Virus record (IMG/VR): IMGVR_UViG_3300021964_000024
Coordinates: 41,815-105,814 of that record
DNA from: a virus
Direction: 5' to 3' (one strand)
DNA: 64,000 nt
This document shows positions 29,681-38,831 of the stretch, piece after piece. The position numbers were made by a program, and so were the translations under genes. Positions within the stretch are counted from its first letter, which is position 1. Each line of letters starts with the position of its first letter. The notes beneath the pieces were generated by a model. That model did not search any database, had not been told where the DNA came from, and worked only from the letters and a program-made list of their open reading frames with translations.

Positions 29681-29995
29681 TTAAGAGAGTGCTTCGATCA
29701 ATACTGCCTTCGTTGCGTACTTGGAAACTTCAACACCAGTTGACTCTGCGAGTGCAACTAGTTCTGCTTTGGTCATATTTTCGAGAGACTTGTTACCTAC
29801 AGGTGCTTCATGCAACATTGCAGGTGCTTCGTGTACTACTTCTTCGACTACAACTTGACCAGAATCAGGATTGATATATGCAGCAATGTCATCTGCACTC
29901 AATCTAGTGGAGATCAAAAGTTCTCCTGTGTTTGGATCTGCCCATCCACGTGGAGTGGGCACTGCGTCTGTACACCATCTTGGGGGTTGTAACAT
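29681..29995 (-). CDS. hypothetical with C-terminal Rho-N/HeH-like motif
   Basis: MTKAELVALA..GV......TKAVLI. Confidence 0.6.
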   Translation of the reverse strand: MLQPPRWCTDAVPTPRGWADPNTGELLISTRLSADDIAAYINPDSGQVVVEEVVHEAPAMLHEAPVGNKSLENMTKAELVALAESTGVEVSKYATKAVLIEALS

Positions 29996-30011
29996 AATTT
30001 ACTCCTTATCA

Positions 30012-30770
30012 TTACTCAGGGGTTTTACCAGAGAGAATCGCACGAATCACTTCGAACTCTGTCATCTCTTTTTTCACTTTAACATCTTTAGGTGGTAAAA
30101 CCTTTTCCATGTCTTCGTGATCTTTTTTGTCAACTTTATGTTTAGCAATGAAGTCCTTACCAGACTTGGATTCTTTGTCATCCATCTTCTCTGCTTCTGT
30201 TGCACCCTTTGCCTGAGCAGCTTTTGCTTCAAACATTGCATCAATAGCATGGAGTAACTCTGCAGTTGCGTCAGATAGGTCTACACCCATGTAACTCTCT
30301 TTCTTGGTTTTACCGTGCTTCTTCTCACCAATTTTAGAGATCTCGGCAGTCTTGTCGGCAGTGCGAGGGTTCTTATCCTTCTTCTTAGGATCTTCAGGTT
30401 TTTCGTCTTCACCATCAGCGTCTACAGGATCTTCTTCTTTCTCATCCTTTTCTGCTTCTGACTCTTCCTCATCACCATTTTTCTTTGGAGGGAAAGGCTT
30501 CTTCTTCTTCTCTTCGCCTTCCTCTTCGTCTTCTGATTCTTTCTTCACTGCATTCTTGGCAGGTTTCTTACCACCGTCGATTGCATCGTCCGTTGCGGCA
30601 CGTCTCTTATGAAGATACTCATCTGAAGAATCTACGTCTCCATCGTTATCGATATCCTTGTCCTTACGATCTTTGAACTTCTTGTCGTTCGCTTTATCGT
30701 CTACAGGATCAAGTTTGTTTTTTTCGGAGACCATTTCCAAATATGCCTCCATAGTTTTTTGAATTGACAT
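30012..30770 (-). CDS. highly charged putative internal head/core protein
   Basis: K/E/D-rich, DIDNDGDVDSSDEYLHKRR motif. Confidence 0.6.
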   Translation of the reverse strand: MSIQKTMEAYLEMVSEKNKLDPVDDKANDKKFKDRKDKDIDNDGDVDSSDEYLHKRRAATDDAIDGGKKPAKNAVKKESEDEEEGEEKKKKPFPPKKNGDEEESEAEKDEKEEDPVDADGEDEKPEDPKKKDKNPRTADKTAEISKIGEKKHGKTKKESYMGVDLSDATAELLHAIDAMFEAKAAQAKGATEAEKMDDKESKSGKDFIAKHKVDKKDHEDMEKVLPPKDVKVKKEMTEFEVIRAILSGKTPE

Positions 30771-30780
30771 TGTTAGTCTC

Positions 30781-31062
30781 CTAGAACCAAAACATTTTAA
30801 TTAGACCACCCAACAGTATTGTCGTAGTGACCCATGCAACTTTATTTATAATCCCCACTGTGTGAGCATTCTCGTTTACCTTCACCTCTATCTGATCTAA
30901 CTTTTGAGAGAAGCGGTTCATCCTATCGAAGTTAGCGTGATTGTTTTTTTCAATCGCTATCAACTTCTCTTCCGCTCTCGCCAGACTGATCATTGCGTCT
31001 GAAAGTTTATCTATTTTACCCTCGATCCTATCGAGACGTTTAGCTTGTGTTTCTGCTGCCAT
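30781..31062 (-). CDS. coiled-coil plus C-terminal TM protein (XhlA/holin-like)
   Basis: RLDRIEGKID heptads, terminal TM. Confidence 0.55.
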   Translation of the reverse strand: MAAETQAKRLDRIEGKIDKLSDAMISLARAEEKLIAIEKNNHANFDRMNRFSQKLDQIEVKVNENAHTVGIINKVAWVTTTILLGGLIKMFWF

Positions 31063-31101
31063 GTGAGGACTTTCCCATTTAATAAAGTACAAATATACTT
31101 C

Positions 31102-31109
31102 TATTTATA
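31102..31109 (-). promoter_or_regulatory. T4-type late promoter
   Basis: TATAAATA. Confidence 0.7.
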
Positions 31110-31395
31110 CAGTTTTAATTCTTATGACTAGTTGATCTTCACCTTTTATGACTCTATGAAAGGTCATTTTTGGTATAAACAACTTGTCACCCTTGTTTAA
31201 TAATCTAGGAAGTTCGTTGTCAAACTGGAATTTCCAACCTTGTCCAGTCTGTTCAATATAGACATACCTGTCCTCACTATCCATATGCCAAATGTAATCC
31301 ATTGGATTACTGTGTATATCAAATGATCTTAGAACATCTCCGTTCATCAACTCATATTGAGTATATGGTCTACCAGAAGAAGTTTCCACCACCAC
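31105..31395 (-). CDS. cupin-like protein
   Basis: WHMD.EDR, FHRVIKG. Confidence 0.65.
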   Translation of the reverse strand: MVVETSSGRPYTQYELMNGDVLRSFDIHSNPMDYIWHMDSEDRYVYIEQTGQGWKFQFDNELPRLLNKGDKLFIPKMTFHRVIKGEDQLVIRIKTV

Positions 31396-31882
31396 TTAAT
31401 CCTAGTTGCTTTGCGTATCTAGGCAATCTACATGCCCAGTATGCCGCAGAAGTTTTGTCATTCTGTTGTGCACACTTGTGACGTGCAGCGAATGACTTAC
31501 GTGCTTCAGGATCATTCAACTTGACCTTGAGTCCAGTCGTATCACCCCATGACACTTTCTTAATGTTACCAGTAGATGGATCCTTGACGTACACGTAGTA
31601 CTTCTTCGGGCCACCTGCCTTTGGTTTGTTCAGTTCTGGTTGCTTCTCTTCTTCGAAGATACAGTCCAGTGCAACGTGTTCACCATTGAACTCTGCGAAC
31701 TCACCAAGGTTTGATTCCATGATGTCTACTTCGTTTGGTTGAACCTCAATATCACCGTTCTGATACTGTTCACGCTTTTCACGCCAGTACTCGAAGTATC
31801 TCTCAGATCCTACACGGTATGGATTGTCCTCAACTAGTTTGGACTCAGATCCGCATTCGCAATGTTCGTTAAATGTCTTCAT
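31370..31882 (-). CDS. putative internal virion protein
   Basis: MKTFNEHCE; RKSFAARHKC...YWAC motif. Confidence 0.65.
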   Translation of the reverse strand: MKTFNEHCECGSESKLVEDNPYRVGSERYFEYWREKREQYQNGDIEVQPNEVDIMESNLGEFAEFNGEHVALDCIFEEEKQPELNKPKAGGPKKYYVYVKDPSTGNIKKVSWGDTTGLKVKLNDPEARKSFAARHKCAQQNDKTSAAYWACRLPRYAKQLGLSGGGNFFW

Positions 31883-33003
31883 GTGATATACGTATTCAGT
31901 TCGTACTTACCACCACCCATGCCATAGACTTGGACTGCAAGTTTCTTTTTAGGATTGTCCTTGAGTTTCAGTGTGAAACTGTTGGTCTTACCGTCAGAGG
32001 GTTTCTTCGGCCCCATAGCGACTTGACGGTCTACATCATCCATATCAACTTCATGTCCCTTCTTCTTCGCCCATGCATATGCGTGTTGCATTGCCGCAGA
32101 GTAAGTCTTGTGATATAGGTCATACCCAGACGAAGACTTAGAACCCATCTTAGGTGGTTCTTGCTTCTTTGGTGTTGCCCTACGTTGACCACGGTAGTAT
32201 GCTTCACGAATCTGTGAGAGAGGTTTACCGACTTCCTCTTTTACAATTTTGGTCATGACCGCAGCCATGTCACCCAGTGCAAGTGTTGCGTCCTTACCAC
32301 CACGACTGTACAGGAAGTACTTCATGCCGCCTGGCTTACCCTTGGGATACATCTGGATCTTATCCACGTTGTACTTAGCACTACGTGACTTACCTTTTAC
32401 AACAAAGGTAGTAGTAGTCCCTTTACGAATAGATGAGTCATAAGTGATAGTGACTTCATCACCCTTCTTCAACTTATCGAAATCTTTACGAGGCATCGCC
32501 ATTTCACTCAACGTTGATTCTTTCAATTTATAACCCATCTTGTCAAACTTGTCGTGATCTGCAGGAGTATTTACTTTAACGCTTTTACCTGTCTTAGGAT
32601 TATACATCATATGAGGTTCGAAGTCAACACTTTCACCTTTCTCTTTCTTAGAGATTGCGATTGCCGCTTGTTGTGCAGGGGATACTGCTTCGTTCTTACT
32701 TCTAAGTACTGCAGCTACCTGTTTGTGCTTAGACAAACCTTTCTTGATCTTTTCGATTGCCTTGACCGCACCAGTGTAGTTACCACCCGCATATCGTTTA
32801 TCAGATGCAACACCGATTGCCATCTTGATTTCTTTGGGGGTGAAACCCTCCGCAACCTTCTTAGCCTGTGCAGTAGCGATTGCCATTTTCTTATCCATTG
32901 GCATGTCTGGATCGTCTTTCTCAATCGCTTTTGCAATTTCCTCACGCTTCTTTTTCTCAGCGGGAGTAAGGGTCTTTTCTCTTAGGGAATCAAAACTTCT
33001 CAT
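31879..33003 (-). CDS. putative internal virion protein, modular
   Basis: MRSFDSLRE; repeated L/V/I-x-E junctions. Confidence 0.65.
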   Translation of the reverse strand: MRSFDSLREKTLTPAEKKKREEIAKAIEKDDPDMPMDKKMAIATAQAKKVAEGFTPKEIKMAIGVASDKRYAGGNYTGAVKAIEKIKKGLSKHKQVAAVLRSKNEAVSPAQQAAIAISKKEKGESVDFEPHMMYNPKTGKSVKVNTPADHDKFDKMGYKLKESTLSEMAMPRKDFDKLKKGDEVTITYDSSIRKGTTTTFVVKGKSRSAKYNVDKIQMYPKGKPGGMKYFLYSRGGKDATLALGDMAAVMTKIVKEEVGKPLSQIREAYYRGQRRATPKKQEPPKMGSKSSSGYDLYHKTYSAAMQHAYAWAKKKGHEVDMDDVDRQVAMGPKKPSDGKTNSFTLKLKDNPKKKLAVQVYGMGGGKYELNTYIT

Positions 33004-33278
33004 CTTGGCCTCGGTGGTTGGTATCCTGCTTTCTTCAGAAGGTCTTTTGCTTTTACACGATCATGGTACATGAACTGATACTGCTTACCATTCTTTAAAT
33101 CCTTAACGATGTAACTCTTCGGCCCCATCTTAATGATCTTACCTTCTCTCTTATCACCGTTCTCACTCTTGTAGAAATCAACCTCTCTACCTACACTGAT
33201 AGAGTTCTTGGTTTCAGCACCCATACCTTTAGTTGCGAGAACACGGTAATTCTCTCTTAATTCTTTAAACGTCTTCAT
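33000..33278 (-). CDS. putative internal virion protein (SH3-like)
   Basis: MKTFKELRE. Confidence 0.65.
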   Translation of the reverse strand: MKTFKELRENYRVLATKGMGAETKNSISVGREVDFYKSENGDKREGKIIKMGPKSYIVKDLKNGKQYQFMYHDRVKAKDLLKKAGYQPPRPR

Positions 33279-33547
33279 GCCAGATCCTTGTCGTGATTAA
33301 GGTTACCCTTCTTTTTCTTAACTATAAATGCATTGACTCGTGCCATTCCCCACTGCTGTGGTGTAGTGCCGGGTCTATGCCCTGTTTTCCATGCAGCGAC
33401 TCCACGATTGTATACCTTCTTCAATGTCTCCGGAGAGATACCAGACTTCTTTGCTTTTGCCGCAATGCCATCTGGGCCTTCTTTGACATCAAGAGTATCG
33501 TATAGAGAATAACGCCCCTCTTCCAAATACTTACTAAAACCTATCAT
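33275..33547 (-). CDS. putative internal virion protein
   Basis: MIGFSKYLEE; VYNRGVAAW..GHRPG...QQWGMARVN. Confidence 0.65.
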   Translation of the reverse strand: MIGFSKYLEEGRYSLYDTLDVKEGPDGIAAKAKKSGISPETLKKVYNRGVAAWKTGHRPGTTPQQWGMARVNAFIVKKKKGNLNHDKDLA

Positions 33548-35169
33548 TTGGTTGCCCTATTTTTTTGTTTAGCACGAGCGAGTCGTGCACGATCTAATAA
33601 CTTGTCGTGTTTGATCTTATCTGATTCTTTCTCACGTTCGATGTCTGCACGTGCATTCTTAACTGGATCGGTTTCTTCGTTTTTAACCATCTTACCCAGT
33701 GCTCTGACATCTAACTTGAGTCCGTGTTTACGAACCAACTCTGAAGCATAGTACTCAGGGGAGTGTCTGTTGTTGTCCTTCTCCATCTGTTTCTTGATGT
33801 AGTCTGCAACTTGACTATACTGTTTTTTCTGTATAGTTTTAGACATCCATCTCCTTAACATCTGAGGGGTAGTCTCTGCATTGAGACACATCTCAAACGA
33901 GATCTCTAAACCCTCACTGAGTTGTGCGTCAGTGTAGAACCTCTTCAGTTCACGGTTGAGACCAGAGAGCATTGCAGGTTTTAGGAGTTTGAAAATGACA
34001 CCCTTGTCGGTGTTTCCGTCGAACTTCAACACGCCCTTCTTCTCGTATTTCTGGAGAATGTCTACGACCTTATCTTCATCCTTACCCAAGTTGTCCATAC
34101 GGACGTGTACTTCTTTCTCTTTCGCTTCGTTGTACATATCCTTGAACGCCTTCGTGTACTTCGAAGGTTTGGTCTCTGCACTCTTATCGCCAGGCGCAGG
34201 TTTGTACGCAGACGAATCGTCATCGTCTTTCTTACCGTGCTTCTTGAAGTGTGCGTCTCTCTTTGCCTTGGTGGACTTCTTCAGTCCTGCATGATATCGG
34301 GCAGGTTGAGTTCCCTCTCTATCTTTGATATCTGGGTCTTGTTTTTCAACGAGTTCGACTGCATCCAACCATTTGCGTAGTCGAGTGCCATCTGTGCGTT
34401 CGACGATAACGTAATTTGCTCCGAGCACTGAGACTGTAACCAGTTCGTCATTTTCTTTGACAACCACTGTGTCACCGACCTCATACAGTTCCCCCTGTAC
34501 GTATTGTTCTCTTGTTTCTGAAACAGGTTTTAGTGAGATGTGGTTCTTGAATTCGGTAGTCTCTTTGAGACCCATACCAGTACGCACATCATTGAATAGT
34601 TTACGTGCGTCCTTGTTGGACATTGTTTTTGGTACACCCTGAGAGAATGTAACGAAGTCATTCTTAGAGGCGTTCTCACGTTGCTTAGATGCAGACATAC
34701 CTTCTACACCCGCCGCATCTGGATCACGTGCACCCGCAGAGATCACATTGATACTCTTGAAGTTGTAGAATCCGTGACGTGCCTTCTTACCGTTGTACTT
34801 GTTCAGGAGAACTTCAAACTCACGGATGCGATCTTCACCCACAACCATGTTGACCTTGGTGTAACCTGCATTGTAAAGTTTGTTTGCAACGTCGAATACA
34901 TTGCGACAGTCCTTATCCATAATCACTTGACGTGCATGTTTTGGAAACATTTTACGCACGTGCTTGATCTTATCTGAGTAGGACAGAGGATCTTTCTTAG
35001 GATTAGATACCTGAGATAAGTATACCTTGTAGTCTGACTTACCTGACTTAGATGCAAGAGTGTCCATAACCTTACCATGTCCTATGGTAGGTGGGTTCAT
35101 ACGTCCGAAGGTAAAGTAGACTTCTCTCTCTTCTTCTAGTAGGTACTGCGAGAAATTCTTAATCGGCAC
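33544..35169 (-). CDS. HIGH-class nucleotidyltransferase (cytidyltransferase/NMNAT-like) with C-terminal modules
   Basis: TFGRMNPPTIGH, VGEDR, MSASKQR; N-term IKNFSQYLLEE; GTG start inferred. Confidence 0.8.
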   Translation of the reverse strand: MPIKNFSQYLLEEEREVYFTFGRMNPPTIGHGKVMDTLASKSGKSDYKVYLSQVSNPKKDPLSYSDKIKHVRKMFPKHARQVIMDKDCRNVFDVANKLYNAGYTKVNMVVGEDRIREFEVLLNKYNGKKARHGFYNFKSINVISAGARDPDAAGVEGMSASKQRENASKNDFVTFSQGVPKTMSNKDARKLFNDVRTGMGLKETTEFKNHISLKPVSETREQYVQGELYEVGDTVVVKENDELVTVSVLGANYVIVERTDGTRLRKWLDAVELVEKQDPDIKDREGTQPARYHAGLKKSTKAKRDAHFKKHGKKDDDDSSAYKPAPGDKSAETKPSKYTKAFKDMYNEAKEKEVHVRMDNLGKDEDKVVDILQKYEKKGVLKFDGNTDKGVIFKLLKPAMLSGLNRELKRFYTDAQLSEGLEISFEMCLNAETTPQMLRRWMSKTIQKKQYSQVADYIKKQMEKDNNRHSPEYYASELVRKHGLKLDVRALGKMVKNEETDPVKNARADIEREKESDKIKHDKLLDRARLARAKQKNRATK

Positions 35170-35539
35170 TCTGACTTCCCTTCTTCTTTCTTGCAAGTTC
35201 TGCTTTGCGAACTTGTGGAATCATCTTACGTGCTAACTTGTCGATAACCGCTTTCTTCTTATCCAGTTGTTTCTCTATGTTCTGTCTACGAGACATAGAG
35301 AGTTCTGCCTTAGGAATGTCTTTGGTTATCTTCTTGAGTAATACTTCACGTGCAGCTTTACGTGCACGTTTCTTGAGAACGTCTAGACTAGCAATTTTCT
35401 TTGCCGCTCTCTTTCTACCGATAGCGATCTTTGCTTTGTTCTTTTTGAATGCACGTGAGCGAGCCATGCGTTGTTGCATGGACAATGCCTCGTCGGGAGA
35501 CTCGCTAAATTGTTTGAATCGTAACGGACTATCCGCCAT
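35159..35539 (-). CDS. basic putative internal virion protein
   Basis: LRFKQFSE, R/K-rich. Confidence 0.65.
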   Translation of the reverse strand: MADSPLRFKQFSESPDEALSMQQRMARSRAFKKNKAKIAIGRKRAAKKIASLDVLKKRARKAAREVLLKKITKDIPKAELSMSRRQNIEKQLDKKKAVIDKLARKMIPQVRKAELARKKKGSQSAD

Positions 35540-35541
35540 TT

Positions 35542-36762
35542 TTAATTCCTCGTAGGTTTATCCCATCCTTTAAGTATATCTGGTGAAAAGTTGTTGTATG
35601 AAAATTCCATACGATCAACAAGTTTCACTGCATCACCACCAAGTATATCGATTGCAACGTAACCCTCTTCTCCGGTTACCTTATACCCTTGATTTGTTTT
35701 GACAAAAGTATCAATCTTCTTCAAACTGTTAAGTTTATTTATAAGTTTTAGTTTCGCAAGTATGATGACTTTTTGCAATTCAATCATTTTTATTAGACTC
35801 GCCTTGTTCGTAGGTGAGAAGAATACCATGATTGCATCTAATTTGTCCTGTTGTGTTTTCTTTCCTCTTGCGGTGCTTCGTGCATTGATTTGCTTCTGAT
35901 ACTTCTGCTTAATCCAACGGATAAGTCCCGCAACATGTCTTCTTGAATCGGGGATAACTGTTCCCGCACGTACATACGTGTTGTAGTATTGTTCGATAAG
36001 TTTTGCGAGATCTTCGTTCGCTTCGAGCGTCCTAAGAGTCGTTCCCGAAATTTGGTTAAACAACTTACCGGCTTGCGATAGATACCCATTGACCTCTTCT
36101 GTCTCCTCTTGCGTCATGGTTGCTTTAGTCGCATCCGTCAACATGGCATCCTGAGACCAAACATTACTTGATTTTTTGAATCCTTTTACGTTTACACCAT
36201 ACGATGCTTTCATGTTTTCGAATGTAGTACCGTTATATGTAGTATGCCACACTATACCGATTTTTGCAGATCGTATCTCTGCAGCGGCATCATAGGGTAC
36301 TGCATATGCGATTGTGTTGGGGTGAAATACTGTGTACTTCTCTTTGTCTATTGTTTTGGTTTCAAGGTCATCTGAACTGAACAGGAAGTCTCCCTGTATC
36401 ACACCCTTGATACCTAGATCTGGTAGATACTGCAAAGCAGCTTTCATCTTAGATGCAAGATCACCAGACATATCTGCATCGATCTCTGCATTAGTCTTAT
36501 AGACCTTTGGGTTCTTTGCAAAGATACCTTTCTTCGCCACAAAGAACTCACCGTCTCGTGGATCTTCACCACAGAAAATTGCAGGTGCACCATCCCACTT
36601 AACAGAAACTCTTCCGTCCTTTTTACCAGATAACATATCACGCAGTTCACGTAGTGCATTGATTGCTTGACGTGTACCGTTCACACCACCATAGAGAACC
36701 TTGTCCTCAATATGGGTCATGTGGGTGTTCTTCTGTTCTGTGATAAACTCTGCGAAATTCAT
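35542..36762 (-). CDS. ATP-dependent ligase-like covalent nucleotidyltransferase (putative)
   Basis: KWDG, QGD, EGYV, VKLVDR; N-term MNFAEFITE. Confidence 0.65.
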   Translation of the reverse strand: MNFAEFITEQKNTHMTHIEDKVLYGGVNGTRQAINALRELRDMLSGKKDGRVSVKWDGAPAIFCGEDPRDGEFFVAKKGIFAKNPKVYKTNAEIDADMSGDLASKMKAALQYLPDLGIKGVIQGDFLFSSDDLETKTIDKEKYTVFHPNTIAYAVPYDAAAEIRSAKIGIVWHTTYNGTTFENMKASYGVNVKGFKKSSNVWSQDAMLTDATKATMTQEETEEVNGYLSQAGKLFNQISGTTLRTLEANEDLAKLIEQYYNTYVRAGTVIPDSRRHVAGLIRWIKQKYQKQINARSTARGKKTQQDKLDAIMVFFSPTNKASLIKMIELQKVIILAKLKLINKLNSLKKIDTFVKTNQGYKVTGEEGYVAIDILGGDAVKLVDRMEFSYNNFSPDILKGWDKPTRN

Positions 36763-37472
36763 AGTTTGACCAGTATACCTTCTGCAAAGACGGAACCAAA
36801 CGTTGAACCGGACAAAGAACGCAACTGCATCTCAATGTCCGTCTTCTCATCATACTTGAACGGTGCTTGTCTCACGATATTCATGTTCTCAAAGAAAGTT
36901 GTATCTGCGACTCTCAACTGTCTTCCATTTGAAGCCGTCAAAAAGTTTCTGAATCGAGCCGCTTTACCACCGTTCGCATCTGTACAGAATGCATCGATAC
37001 GAGTCAAAAAGAAACAGTGTCCTGCTGGCACCGTGTATACCGATTTTTGATCTCTACCAGTCCCCGCAAGAATCTTTGCGTATGTGGTTCCGCCATTAGA
37101 GACGGTGATATCACCAACTGCATTTCCGACTGTGATCACCGCATCATTGATTCGATAGAAAGAGTTTGTCGTTGTGACGGTAGTTGTACCGTTTACGGCA
37201 ACCACTTCACTGATAGGATTGCAATCCCCGTCTAGTCCTAGAAGTAGGAGAGATATCCCAGTATCCCCCGCATCAGAACTAACCACAGACATGGTTACTG
37301 CCGAAGATGGGAACGCATAGTTTGATGCCTCTTCCCAAGGGGTTCGAAACTCTGAGGTAACGATATTATCCGTACCGCCTGTGGTTCCGAAGATGTTACG
37401 CACCGAAGTGTTGACTACCAACTCCCGTGCGATATTTAATTGGACATCATCTATATAGTGTGATATGGCCAT
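36759..37472 (-). CDS. beta-rich hypothetical (possible virion) protein
   Basis: Thr/Gly/Val-rich, VYTVPAG motif. Confidence 0.55.
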   Translation of the reverse strand: MAISHYIDDVQLNIARELVVNTSVRNIFGTTGGTDNIVTSEFRTPWEEASNYAFPSSAVTMSVVSSDAGDTGISLLLLGLDGDCNPISEVVAVNGTTTVTTTNSFYRINDAVITVGNAVGDITVSNGGTTYAKILAGTGRDQKSVYTVPAGHCFFLTRIDAFCTDANGGKAARFRNFLTASNGRQLRVADTTFFENMNIVRQAPFKYDEKTDIEMQLRSLSGSTFGSVFAEGILVKL

Positions 37473-37473
37473 G

Positions 37474-38781
37474 TTACATTACCTTTAAGTGGACGGCAGA
37501 ATCTGCTGATTCTGATTTGGCAACCCTGTACAACAGGGTCATTAGTTGTTGCTCTCTACCTTTTACCATAGTGAACATAGTTGTCACGTAGTACTTAGAG
37601 ACTAACCAGTTAGAATCTTTGTTCTTTAGTTTAGTGCCAAATGTTTGACGGTCAACAGGGTTGTCAATCGCACCAGTATAGAATCCATAGAACTTATCAA
37701 GGAACGCTTCCCTGTCACTACGGATCTCTGCTTCAATTGTTTTACGAACCTCAAGACGATTACGAGTAGTCGCATACAATGCGGCATCAATACCACCCTG
37801 AGATACCTTACCATGCTTTGCCTTCTTACCAATGATCTCACACTGGAACGTAGGGAAGGTACGGAATTGAATCTCAAGACCGCCCTGACCAAACAAGTAT
37901 CCGTCCTTTGACTTAAAGAAGTCATTACGCTTGTTGTAGGACACAGCACGGAAGACAGGTGGTTTAAATGGTTTCTTGTAGTTGACCTGAGATATTCTAG
38001 GTTTACCACTAGCAGCTTTCTTCAGTGAGATACCAAGAATGTCACGTGCTGCATATGCCTTGAGTAATTCTTGATTGAGTGCTTTGATGGATCCTGCACC
38101 CTCAATATCATACGCACCCTCTTTACCAGATTTGACCATCCAGATGTCTGCAGGTGTCCACTTATTAACGTCTTGGAATAATTTCTCTGCACGGTTCAAC
38201 TCTTTGAACTTGTTTTCCAAAGCAGTGACCCAAGGTGATCCACGATGGAAACTATATGTTCCCTGTTTCTTTAGAACCTTATATAAGGTACGTGCGACAT
38301 CAATAGATGATGCAATCCATTTTTCATCTCTTAACATCACTTCATCTGCAGTTGCATCGACGTGAACTTTAGCGTATGCGTTCTGGATTGCTTCGGGTGT
38401 GAACTGAGTTGTGGGATCGTCCCACACTGCTTGAAGGTAAACACACTGTGCAGACTCAGTTGCTTTAGTGTTGTCAGATCCACCACCGGATCCACGACCA
38501 CCACCAAACTCTTTGGTCTTTGCTAGTTTACCAAATGAAATTTTGTTCCCTGCATTGTCTTCTAGACCAATGCTGTTTGCAGTTTTACTGTCTTTTGCCT
38601 TGAGTGCTTTTTCAATCTCTGCGTTATACTTCAGGACAACCGTACCACCGGCTGATAACTCAAACGGTTCATTACCCTTGTACTTTCTCAAGAACAATTC
38701 TAGTCGGAACGCCCTGTCATCACGAGTGATCTCACCAAATGTGAGATTACCTTCTGACAGAAAGCTAGAAAATTTTAACAT
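37474..38781 (-). CDS. PD-(D/E)xK-like nuclease with capsid-targeting-like N-terminus
   Basis: ESAQ, KWTPADIW, GISLKK; N-term MLKFSSFLSE. Confidence 0.6.
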   Translation of the reverse strand: MLKFSSFLSEGNLTFGEITRDDRAFRLELFLRKYKGNEPFELSAGGTVVLKYNAEIEKALKAKDSKTANSIGLEDNAGNKISFGKLAKTKEFGGGRGSGGGSDNTKATESAQCVYLQAVWDDPTTQFTPEAIQNAYAKVHVDATADEVMLRDEKWIASSIDVARTLYKVLKKQGTYSFHRGSPWVTALENKFKELNRAEKLFQDVNKWTPADIWMVKSGKEGAYDIEGAGSIKALNQELLKAYAARDILGISLKKAASGKPRISQVNYKKPFKPPVFRAVSYNKRNDFFKSKDGYLFGQGGLEIQFRTFPTFQCEIIGKKAKHGKVSQGGIDAALYATTRNRLEVRKTIEAEIRSDREAFLDKFYGFYTGAIDNPVDRQTFGTKLKNKDSNWLVSKYYVTTMFTMVKGREQQLMTLLYRVAKSESADSAVHLKVM

Positions 38782-38823
38782 TAATCGGTCTCCGTTTCTT
38801 TACTGTTGCCCACAGTATACCAC

Positions 38824-38831
38824 TATTTATA
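38824..38831 (-). promoter_or_regulatory. T4-type late promoter
   Basis: TATAAATA heading the 31.1-38.8 kb block. Confidence 0.75.

Noticed and set aside
30012-30770. Low-complexity DNA as a tandem repeat element
   Set aside because: Explained by Lys/Glu/Asp-rich coding sequence
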